From Camelus ferus (Eukaryota), in the NCBI RefSeq assembly GCF_009834535.1, contig NC_045713.1, positions 13,454,001 to 13,518,000 of the forward strand: a stretch of 64,000 bases of DNA, given 5' to 3'. Below are positions 12,001-22,270 of this stretch, piece by piece. A model generated the notes under the pieces. It was not told where the DNA came from. It did not search any database and was given only the letters and a program-made list of their open reading frames with translations. The position numbers and the translations under genes are program-made. Positions within the stretch are counted from its first letter, which is position 1; each line of letters opens with the position of its first letter.

Positions 12001-13563
12001 TGTGCAGGAACCCCAGGGCGGCCAGCACTCCTCCACACCGCCCTCCCCTGCAGCACCAGCCTTGGGTAAGGTTGGGAAGACTCCCGTGCTAGCTGCTTCA
12101 CTTCCCAAACTCTGCTGCCACTCAACTGAGCAGGCGGCCCACACGCATTCAGGCTGTAGGCGCATCCACTAAGACCTGAGGTCACCCAGCGTAGAGCGAG
12201 AGGTTGGGCTCTGGTGTCTCCACCCCAGCAAATGGCATCACACTCCCTGTGTTGGCGGAGAGAGGCTGCCAGGTGTGAGAGCATGTGCAGGGCCAGGGCT
12301 GCTTCCACGCCATGCTGACTGCAGGCTGCCTCTCTTGGGCACAGACACCCCAGGAGGGTCACAGCTCTGGCTGTCCTCAGCTAAGGCCTGAGCAGAAGTC
12401 TTGGGGCAGTGGGGGTTAGGGGGTGGGGAAGGGTCTCCCTGCTGCCTGTGCTTGGCCTGTCCTGGTGAGGAAGGCACACACAGCCACCGTGATGCCGGCT
12501 GGGAGGAGGCAGCACGCTGTGAGTGACACCCTCATGAGACCCCTGCCTCGCCTGCTCTCCCCCTACCCCGGCCCTCCCTGGGTCTCCGCAGCACTGATAA
12601 AGCAGTTTGTGTCTGATGTGGCCTGGGGGCAGCTGGACTACCTGGTTGTGGACACGCCCCCAGGGACCTCTGATGAGCATATGGCCGCCGTGGATGCCCT
12701 GCGCCCCTTCAGCCCCCTGGGGGCCCTCGTGGTCACCACACCCCAGGTACTGCGGGAGCGCCATCCTGTCTGCCTGCCGTGTGCGACCTCACTCCGGGCA
12801 GGCACTCTCCCTACTCTTTCCGCTCATCTTGACTGAGTTTTCAGGGTGCCCATCGGCAGGTCTTTTCTCTTCCCTGGTCTCCAGGCAGTGTCCGTGGGGG
12901 ATGTGAGGCGGGAGCTGACCTTCTGTAGGAAGGTGGGGTTGCGGGTGATTGGGATCGTGGAGAACATGAGCGGCTTCGTCTGCCCGCACTGCGCGGTGAG
13001 CCGTGGGAAGTGGTGGGGTGGGGGCCAGCCCTTCCCCTTGAGTGTGGCGCGAGGCCAGGAGGTGGACTCTGCGCCTCTGTGTCCTAGGAGTGCACCAACG
13101 TCTTCTCCAGGGGAGGTGGTGAGGAGCTGGCCAGACACGCCGGAGTCCCCTTCCTGGGTGAGTGAGCCAGGGCTGCCCCCGGCCTCTGCTCCAGGTGGTC
13201 CCACCTCCCCACGCCCCCCGCCGCAGGGGAGAGGAGAGAAGGAGTGTCCTCTGCCCTCCTGCTGTGTGGCACCTCACCGCTAACAGATGGGTTGCTGCTG
13301 CCCGGCTGGAGGGAGGCAGCCCCGTGGCGCTGACAGCCGGCTCCTGGGCTGTGGGAGGTGCATGACTGGGACAGGCCTTGCTCTCACCACCTCCCCCTCC
13401 CCCGGCCCCCTTCCTCCTCTTTGCAGGCTCTGTGCCCCTGGACCCCAAGCTCACAAGGAGCCTGGAGGAGGGCCGGGACTTCATCCAGGAGTTCCCCTCA
13501 AGCCCTGCGTTTCCCGCGCTCTCCTCCATAGCCGAGAAGATTCTAAATGAGACACCCATTTGA
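8929..13563 (+). CDS. NUBP2: Cytosolic Fe-S cluster assembly factor NUBP2 (CFD1), 268 aa; exons 8929-8944, 11441-11559, 11721-11919, 12592-12746, 12885-12995, 13088-13157, 13427-13563
   Basis: [32 protein letters not shown] (deviant Walker A), [54 protein letters not shown] (CxxC). Exons sum to 807 nt; all GT-AG. Confidence 0.97.
9165..9290 (+). mobile_element. Short L1 3'-end fragment in NUBP2 intron 1
   Basis: atatatatgttcatgtataactgaaaaattgtgctctacactagaatttgacacaacattgtaaaatggctataactc resembles the laurasiatherian L1 tail; followed by an A-rich tract. Confidence 0.6.
9628..9651. repeat. Poly(T) run, 24 nt
   Basis: Direct reading. Confidence 0.95.
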
Positions 13564-14060
13564 CTGTCCTGACCAAGGTGGCCTTGAGCATCTCCCCTCT
13601 GTGGCCGTGGGGCTCCTGCTCACCTACTAGAGCAGAGGCACTGGGCAAGGTTCCTGGAACCTGCAGGCTGGGCCACGCAGCACCGAGTGTTCCTCTCTGC
13701 AGGCCCTGTCAGTGCTTCAGCGGCATCTCAGTGTCAGAGCCACCGACAGTGAGTGGTTCTACCTGGTTGGCCTGTGGCGAGGCCCCGGGGGATCATGTGC
13801 GGTCTGATGCCGTGGCCTGAGTGCCCTGATGGTGTATGATCACTCTTGGTGCGTTCTGGTACTCATTGCCCCAGACAGAGAGACAGGCTGCTCCTGACAG
13901 CCGAGTCCCCATGTTGTTCACAAAGCTCAGTGTGTCTGGAAGCTTGCCAGGCCCCTACCGTCCTCAGGTGCCCTGGGCCCCTGCAGCCCATAGGCTGGTA
14001 CTCATGGTATAGGAGGGAGCACCCAGTGAGGTGTCGAGCTTGTAACCCAGAAGAGCACAA

Positions 14061-14066
14061 AATAAA
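14061..14066 (+). terminator. NUBP2 poly(A) signal AATAAA
   Basis: Canonical hexamer about 500 nt after the stop. Confidence 0.75.
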
Positions 14067-14952
14067 CATGTCCCCCCACCGAGGTTACAGGTTTGACCTT
14101 TCTAGATCATTCTGCTCTGGTCCCACCTCCTCCACTTAGTGTGATGGTGTCCTAGAGCAGACGGCGTCCACTCCCTCAGTCCCAAGAGTTGGGCCAACAG
14201 CCCTGTTGTCAACAGGCCCCTGGCAACTCGGGTGAGGATACATTTGAATTGAGTTTGGGGAGGAACTTGTGATGTTGGAGAAACGTGTGAGTAGTGACAC
14301 TTGGCCCGTGAGAGTTAACTGCCCGCCCCGCAGTCCACACTGTTGGGGCCTGGGGGGCCGACCAGAGGAGCAGGGAAGGTGAGTCTGGAGCAGAGTCCCA
14401 GGGCTCGTCCTGCACCCTCCCAGGAAGGCCACGGGGGGAAAGGCTTTGGAAGGACATTGGCTTTGCTATTCTTTCCAAGGGGAGGAGATTGGGCTTTGAG
14501 CAGAGTATACAGGACGGCCCCGGGGAACAGGGGGTCTGGAAAAATCACCCTCAGGTACCACTTTTGGGACAGAAGGGAAGACAGGAGTATGCCCCAGATG
14601 GGCATTCCCTGCAGGGGTAGGGGGAGTAGGGGCAGCGCCCTCAAAGGCTTTGGCCAGGAGCACAGGGATCTGGAGAGCGAGGGTCGGCACCACTCTGGCC
14701 GCAGGCCAGCCCGGCAGCTTCCCAGGACCAAGCCGCCTCTGAAGATGTGCCTGCGCTCCACAGGGGGGCGGGGCCTGGGGGTTAGTGGACATGACAAGAA
14801 TCTGGGCACAGGACAGGGAGGGATGTGGACGGTTGTGTGGGACCAGGGCAGCCAGAGGTGGTGTGGGCTGAGCCACACAGCAAGGGGCAGGCCACAGCAT
14901 GCCTAGGCCAGCACTCCCCTCCCCAAGCGTCATCCCTGTGTCACACGGCATG

Positions 14953-14958
14953 TTTATT
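14953..14958 (-). terminator. IGFALS poly(A) signal AATAAA
   Basis: tttatt on +, about 200 nt after the IGFALS stop. Confidence 0.8.
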
Positions 14959-15159
14959 AGGCTGCTTTTAATTGTTGACAGCTGGGGAGGGCTATGGGCC
15001 TTTGTGGTGGCCGTGTCCCTGACCCTCCTGGTCAGGCCCTCAGGGACCAGGCTGGTGGCCACAGGTCCAGAGCCTGTGCTGGCAAATCCCCAAGACTGTC
15101 CCCTGGGGCTGGGACCCCGGCAGGTGAACGGGGTGGTGTCCGGCCTGGGCAGCCTCAGG

Positions 15160-18082
15160 TCAGCAGCGAGCAAAGTGGTCTTCGCTGATGTCACGCAGGT
15201 CGAGGCCTGAGACGCTGGCGGGGCTGGCACAGGTGATGTTGTTGTAGGTGTAGGCAGGCGGTTGGCGGTCATCGTCCCCCTCCGCCATGGCCCGGACAAA
15301 GCGGGGCACGATGCTGGGGTGCTGCAGGGCCAAGGCCCTCAGGGCCTTGAGGGGGCAGCCGCAGTCCCAGGGGTTGCCCTCAAGCCACAGGCGCTCCAGG
15401 CCAGGTGGCTCGGGCACAAAGGTCCGCAGCGAGTTGTTCCGGAGGCTGAGGTAGCGCAGCCGCCCCAGGGGGGAGAGCACGCCCTCAGGCAGCGCCTCCA
15501 GGCGGTTGTGGGAGACGTCCAGCCAGAAGGTGCGCTGCAGGGGCCCCAGGACTTCCGCCGAGAGCGCCGACAGCCGGTTCCGGGAGAGGAGGAGGTACTC
15601 CAGCTTGCCGAGGCCCTGGAAGAGCCGGGCGGGCAGGTGTGTGAGCTGGTTGGAGGTGAGGTCCAGCTCGAGGAGCTCGGCTAGCCCCACCAGGCTCTGC
15701 TCGTCAATGGCCGTGATGCTGTTGTCCTTGAGGAAGAGCCGGCGCAGCCCTGAGAGGCCGGCGAAGGTGTGCAGGCCGACTCGGCCCAGGCAGCTGCCCT
15801 CCAGGTGCAGGCTGTGCAGCTTGCCCAGGCCCTGGAACACCTGCTCCGGAAGGTTCCGCAGGCAGTTGCGAGAGAGGTTCATGACAGCCACATTGAAGAG
15901 GCCCAGGAAGGCGCCCACCTTAATCTCTTGGATTTGGTTGTTGTTGAGCCCGAGCACCTCCAGCTGGGCCAGGCCCTCGAACACCTTCTCGGGCAACTGC
16001 CGGATGCGGTTGTAGCCCAGCTGCAGCTCCTCCAGGAAGTGCAGGTCTTTGAAGGTTCGGGGCCGCAAGCCCGCGAGGGCATTGTGGGAGAGGCGCAGGA
16101 CGTGCAGGCCCAGCAGGCCCGGGAAGGTGTCCTCCAGGAGGCTGCCCACACGGTTGTGCGACAGGTCCAGCCAGCGCAGCGCCTTCAGGCCCAGGAAGGC
16201 GCCTGGGGCCACGGCCGCGATGAGGTTGTGGTCCAGGTAGAGCTTCTGGAGTTTGGGCAGCTTGACGAAGACGTTGGCCTTGACGCTCCGCAGGGCGTTC
16301 CTGCTCAGGTCCAGCTCCCGGAGCTCACCGAGGCCGCAGAAGAGTGAGGGCTGCAGGTAGGTCAGCTTGTTGCCCGCCAGCACCAGCTCCCGCAGGTTGG
16401 CCAGGCCCTGGAACGCGGTGTCAGGCAGCACGGCCAGGCTGTTCCAGCCCAGGTTGAGGTCCCAGAGGTGGGCCAGACCCTGGAAGAGGCCCTCGTCCAC
16501 CCGGCTTAGCAGGTTGTTGTTGAGGCCGAGCGAGGCCAGGCCCGGTGTGTGCAGGAAGGTGTGGGCCGCCAGGCTGCGCAGCTGGTTCCGCTCCAGGTGC
16601 AGATGGTACAGGTTTGGCAGGCCCAGGAGCGCCTGTGGCTCCAGGCTGGCCAGCTGGCTGCCCTGAAGGTTGAGGAAGCCCAGGCTGGACAGGTTCCGGA
16701 AGGCCGCCGCGGGGACGGAAGAGAAGTTGTTGCCATCCAGCCACAGGGCCTTGGCGCCCTCTGGGATGCCGTCGGGCAGCTGGGTGAGGTTCCGGGAGCT
16801 GCAGAAGACGCTGAGCTCGTCTGTGTAGTCGTCGTGGCCGCAGACGCAGACTGCCGGGCACTGCAGGCCCTCAGTGTCTGCTGGCACCCCAGGCTCCACT
16901 CCCTCCAGGCTGCGGGGGCCCAGCGCTGCCCAGGAGACCAGCAGCACCGCCAGGGCCAGGCCTCCTGCGGGGAGAGGGGCTTGGGGAGACGGCATTGAGG
17001 GGGCCCGGGACATGAACCCTGGGTGAGTAAGACACTGAACCTTCCTCACACCTAGACTGCAGCATGCAACAGTTAAAAGAAGGCATGGCTAACTGGACTG
17101 GTGGAAGTATGAGCTGAGATATGAGGTGTCGCCCTCCCTTAAGTGGAAAATGGCAGCCAAGCAGGACAACTGGGGCGTCTTCCGGTTCAAAACTAACTGC
17201 CCTTTCCACCCCACGGGAGCAGTTGGGTAGTGATGCTTGTTCCAGGGAAAACTGAGAGCTGGCACCTAGCGATTAGGCCGTGTGTCCGTCTGCATCCCCA
17301 AGGTGGACACTCAAGCCAGGCTAGGCTGCTAGGCAGGCCTGGGGGAAGGTGTGAGCGAGGGAACATTCTGGAGCAGGCCTGGGTGGGTACGCACTTGCTG
17401 CCCTGAGGGTTTGGACAGTTGAGCTAGATGCCTGCTGCCCCAGCTAGACCCCCAGACCTGGGGGGCGCTTACCTGCTCCCTGGTATGCGTGGCACTCACC
17501 CAAGAACTTGGCCCCTGTGGGATAGGCCTCAGGAGCAAACAGGGTCCCCAGACCGTGGACTCACCAGAGGTCAGGTTGTGCCTCAGGACAAAAGATGGCA
17601 GGCTCCCCAGCCATAGCCGCCTAGACTTTCCCTGGGTGCCAGGCTGCCCACAGCATCAGGCCCTGCCCTGCCTTCTGAGAGCTCCGGGTCCCGGGGTTGG
17701 TGCCCCACAGCCAGCTGGATGGGGCTAGGCTCCAAGGAGGGACAGGGTGGCAGTGGCCTGGCCTCTGTCTGGCTGAGAGGGCCCTGGCTTAGTGGAGGGT
17801 CTGGGCAAGGCCGCTGGGTGGTGGTGTGGGGAGCCTGTCCTCTCCTGCACTATAGGCTTGGTGGGAGGGGAGGAGGCAACAGCAGTTCTCCGGGGCACAC
17901 CTAGGCCCCCACCACCCTGAGTGGCCGCACTCCCCCATGGGCTCCCAGAGCCCCCGGCCCACCCCAAGCTGAGCCTTCCCTGTGGGCAGCCCCTGCCTCA
18001 ATGGGCTCAGGGACACAGGGCCGGCTAACCCCTGGAGCGAGTGGCTTGGGCACACGGGGGCCTCACCTTTCCTTGGGGCCAT
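15160..18082 (-). CDS. IGFALS: IGF-binding protein complex acid-labile subunit, 606 aa; exons 18082-18067 and 16964-15160
   Basis: Exon 1 ATGGCCCCAAGGAAAG|gtgagg (MAPRK-G). Exon 2 starts at acceptor ctctccccgcag and encodes a signal peptide, LRRNT (CPAVCVC), about 20 LxxLxLxxN repeats and LRRCT (NPWDCGC...NITCASP...C*). The 629-aa track ORF starts in intron sequence. Confidence 0.97.
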
Positions 18083-18380
18083 CCCGCGTGCAGAGCAGGC
18101 TGCAGGCAGCGAGCAGGGGGGGCGTCTGCTGGGGCCAGCTGCTCCTGCCCTCTGGATTTCCCCACCCGCTGCTGGGGCAGCCAGCACCCTTGTCACCGGC
18201 CAGCCCAGCCCTGCTGGCCCCAGCTTCGTTAACCCTCTCCTGCCGGGCTGCCAGCATCGGCACTGAGCCCCCAGGGTGAAGATGGCATAGGGGACAGGCT
18301 GGGGGCTGCATCTGCCCTGAAGCACCTTCAGGGTACAAGGTGGGCTGTATGCAGACCTGAGGGCCAACAAGGGCCTGTCC

Positions 18381-18446
18381 CCCATCTTCCCATTCCCCCC
18401 ATCTTCCCATCCCCCCATCTTCCCATCCCTCCATCTTCCCATCCCC
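18381..18446. repeat. 16-bp minisatellite, 4 copies (cccatcttcccatccc)
   Basis: catcttcccat recurs at 18383, 18399, 18415 and 18431 (period 16). Confidence 0.9.
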
Positions 18447-18791
18447 CTGCAGGGCTGGGCGGAGCAGAGCTGGGGCCCGCAGGCAGTGGAGGGCGGGGGT
18501 CTCCTTTGGAGTAGCCTGTGAGGGGCTGGTGTGCAGCCAGCCCTCTGCTCGTGGGTGGGGGCCCCTTGGGCAGCTCCTGGGGTCTCCCCGCCCAGCAGAT
18601 GGCCTTGTGGGAGTTAAGCTGGAGCAATACTCTGCCCTGGCATGCTGACCACTCCCACCCTTCTCCCCAGTTCCTAACTGCCTGGGTGGGATTCTTTCTT
18701 GTTGAAGCCCCTGGGGGCCTGACCCAGCCTTGGCTTCTCCCGTGACCTCGGGGTCAGCTGGTGTCTGGCCCCTGCCCCTCCCCCTAGTCTC

Positions 18792-18800
18792 TTCTAGGAA
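18792..18800 (-). promoter_or_regulatory. STAT5 GAS element TTCCTAGAA (ALS-GAS1-like), about 710 bp upstream of the IGFALS ATG
   Basis: Exact TTCYNRGAA match. Sequence and position resemble the GH-response element described in the rodent Igfals promoter (from memory). Confidence 0.7.
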
Positions 18801-19204
18801 TGCCTGGCAGGGCCCCGGCCACTTTGTGTTTGCTTTCCCCGGCACCGTCCTCCCAGGGAGAGAGTGGGGGATGGCCTAGCCTCGGGGGCCAGGTCTTGTG
18901 GCCGTGAGACCAGTCTCCACCAGTAGTGGGGCCCAGGCTGTCCTCCAGGGCTCCTGTGGGGACACGGCCATGCTGCGCTGCACAGGCTGCAGCTGGGCCT
19001 AAAGCCACCACGGGTTAGATGGGGGAATGGGGTGGCTGCTGGAGCTGGAGCACCGTCCTCCCCTCTCCACCTGGGAACCCAGTCTCTGCTCTCCCTGCTC
19101 AAACCACACATCCCGGGGCTGGGCCTCCAGCCACCCTTTCCCTCATTACTGAGGACCCTTTCTCTGGCTGCCTTCCCACCATTCGCTCTGCTCTGCCTAG
19201 GGCA

Positions 19205-19325
19205 GTGGGCCTGAGCTTTGATTTTTTTTCCAGGTCGTTCTCAGCTTCTCTTCTGAGAAATTATAGATCTGCAGGGAGAAAGTCCACACCCAGAAATTTA
19301 CACGGTAAACATATGTTTACACAGG
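19205..19325. promoter_or_regulatory. Candidate hepatocyte enhancer: HNF4-like, GAS, HNF4-like and palindromic forkhead sites
   Basis: tgagctttga (about 19212), TTCTGAGAA (19251-19259), gggagaaagtcca (19274-19286), GTAAACATATGTTTAC (19305-19320). Confidence 0.5.
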
Positions 19326-21149
19326 AGAAAGCGCAGACTCAGCAGGAGCTCCTGGATGGTGGGGCCGGTGCACGTGGCCTGGGAAGGAGAGTCAGTGTTT
19401 CCATCTTTTCAAGTTCAGAGGGCCTCAGAGGGTCAGGGCAGGAAAGGTCCTGTAAACCCCCAGTTGAGCTTATGGGGCAGGGAACCCTTATCAGGTTTTT
19501 GGCAGCCGGATTAGGTACTTTTAAATGTTTCTTGAGTCCTGCAGTAACATGAGTGTTCAGCCCACTGAGTTTGGGAAGACTGCTGTCCTGGCCGCCCGGG
19601 GCCGACTCTGGTCCCTGCTCCCTGAAGCGGCCCGTGCTGACTTACAGGCTCATTACCGCCCTCGTGTCTCTCCACCCGAGATCCCCCCGAGAAGTCTGGT
19701 TTCCTTGCCAGTTTCCGATCTTGGCAGCAGTGGTGCCATACAGAAGCCCTGGGCCTGGCTACTCCTGTGCTGTCATAGACACAGTCCTCCCTTCATCCTC
19801 CTTCACGCTGTGGGCGCCTGACCCACCTGTGGCTTGAGGGACGTCCTGGTCGTTGCCAGCAGTGCCGCTGCAACCCCCTGGGGCCTGCATGCATGCATTT
19901 CTGTGGGCCCTGAGTGGAATCGCTGGGACCAGGGTATGTTGTCCTGGCAGGAGGCCAACCCTTCCCGGGCAGTTGGGGGTCACACCCTCCTGGGGCAACG
20001 GGAGTGCCCTTGACACCACCCTCACCCTGTCTGCTCTCAGCCACTAAGGCGGGTGGACGGTGGCTTTCATCATTCCGTGTTGCCTCCATCACCGATGATG
20101 GCAGCTCATTAGCCAGTAGATTGTCCTGTTTGTTAAGTACAGTTAAGTCTCCTGCTGATTTTGTTTGAAAACTGTATTCCGGACGCAAGCTCCTTGGTCA
20201 GGTATGTGTGGCCCATGTTTTCTACTGTACCGTGGTTTGCTTCTCCAGTCTCCTCATCATTCTGATGAGAGTTCTTGATTTTAATGTGGTCTCATAAGAT
20301 GCTTGTCATGTGGAAAAACTCCAAAAATTTTTTTACGTAGTCTGAAGTATCCAGCTCTTCATTGTTTCTAGTCCTGTTTGGCACATGGACTTGAATGTAT
20401 TCTCTTAAAACACCTCGTGAACATCTAACCGCCCTATCCTTCTCTGTGACATCCATGGGCCACGCTGTCTCTAACTCACTTTCTAAGAGTGAGGTGGTGG
20501 TCCTTGCGTTCTGTTGGTGACAGTCTCCTCCCCACGTTTAGTGCAGGTCCTTTCGTCTCCTCCTGGCTCTCTGGCGCCATCTTTGCCGTTAAGTCAGGGC
20601 CCGCATAATCCCGGCCCTTTCTGGGCTCCCCCTGAACCAGAGGGAGAGCACATCCTCCCCCCTCCTCCCGCTCCGAGAGCGTCTCAGCTATTAGTGGCCC
20701 TGCGCGGTTCCTTGTACGCTGTGGGAGCAGCTTGTCAAGTGTCCAAAATCAAACAAAAGCCTGTCCAGTTGTGATGTGTGCTGCAGTTGGAGTTTCCGTC
20801 TGTGCACATGGCCTGAGCCCGCCCTTTATCTGGGTCCTCAGTTCCTCTCAGTGGTCTTGTAGATTTCCACGTTAAGATCTTGCATAGGTTTTTTTAGATT
20901 TTTTTTCCTTATAGATGGTTGTCTCTTTTAATAATATTATAAGTGTTGTCATTTTTCCTCCTTAATTTCATTTGGTTTGTCTAGGCTGAAGTTTTTTTCT
21001 AGAAGTATATTGGGACACTGTAGTAAAGTATTAACTGTGGTGCCTTTACCCAGCAGTTCTTTTGTTTTCATTCACAAATTAATGTTTTAATTAAAAAGTC
21101 AAAAATATATCCATCAATCAGTTTTTAAGTTTGAGCACGGGTTTAGGGA

Positions 21150-22270
21150 AGCAGAGGGAACTACATTTCAAAAGGAAAAAAAAAACAATGCCCTTCAAGG
21201 AGAATGAAAAAAATATAGTTACTTTTAAAATAAATATATATATGCTAATATAAGCATAGCAACCGCAAAAGCTTTAAACTATGTAATTAGTACTAAAGTT
21301 GTCCACTGGACAGACTTTATATAATCTCTTCCAATGACCATCTCTCTTACTCCATAAAATACTTTTGAATGAAACAAATTTTCCTAACCTTTTAAAGGTA
21401 AGCCAAAAACTAAATGACGCACTGGTTACTAGTGACTGACTGACTAGAATTACCATAAGGGTAGTCCTGAGATGTTCAACATCATATACCAAAAGCAACA
21501 GTCTTATATAAACATAGTCATAAGCCCAGAGCAATCACACTGCATCATTAACACCAACTACCCCTCTTGTACTACAATGTTCCAATAAATAAAGACAGCC
21601 TCAAAGGAGAAAATAAGACACAAATTATGAGCATCCATAGATTGAGACAGTCCCAGCCTTTTGCTTTGGAAACCAGGAAACAGATGGTGGTTAAGGACCG
21701 ATTCAACAAAATTGACAGTTTTCTTTCTTACTAGCTGCTTGTGAGTTGCTGTCAATCCTCCAACACCACAAGGACCCCCTAAAACCTAGACCCAGGTTCC
21801 AACCCATTATACTCTTAATGCCACTATCAGAGAAATTCTGTCTCCAAGTAATAGTAACGTGACACCACATAACAGGAGAAAAGTCTAGATTCAAGACAGG
21901 TCGTTAAGAAGGCTACGATGAAGTTCACTGTAACTTTAAAATAACCTTGCATTAATTTGTTCCTAGCTGAACATTAGCTAGCAGTCTTGTTTCCTAGTAT
22001 ACTGCATTACATGTCTGCTGTCACCCAGCTTGGACCAAGAAGAGTAAACTAGCCACAAAAGTAGACCAACCACGTGGGTACAAATATACCCCAAGTTGTC
22101 TTTCCTCTGAGTGTTAACAGTACTTCAGTATATCAAAGAGGGTGTAAATACTTGCTTAACTTTTATTGTCTGAATTAGAACTTAGTTTGAATCAAATTAA
22201 CACCATCCAGTGAATAACTACTAACAAAAATGGCCTTTTCTGTTTACAGCCAAAAACTGGAGTCTGGAAT
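21150..22270 (-). mobile_element. Possible ERV internal (env-like) remnant, heavily degraded
   Basis: AT-rich block. Broken minus-strand frames show a YFCG-like word, a Gly-rich hydrophobic stretch, VVQEG and a hydrophobic TM-like tail in env order; many stops. Confidence 0.3.

Noticed and set aside
13561-13563. Selenocysteine recoding of the NUBP2 TGA
   Set aside because: I could not recognise a SECIS element in the 3' UTR; a SECISearch run would be needed.
14466-15299. 277-aa minus-strand ORF
   Set aside because: Out of frame with IGFALS, runs across its poly(A) signal, and has low-complexity Pro/Ala composition.
15262-16998. Several 60-190-aa ORFs overlapping IGFALS in other frames and on the opposite strand
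   Set aside because: Expected by-products of a GC-rich, repetitive LRR coding exon.
16965-17049. ORF-track start of IGFALS at 17049
   Set aside because: GTG in intron sequence; the real start is exon 1 at 18082.
18063-18845. 260-aa ORF overlapping IGFALS exon 1
   Set aside because: Starts far upstream in the promoter, includes the translated minisatellite, and shows no homology I recognise.
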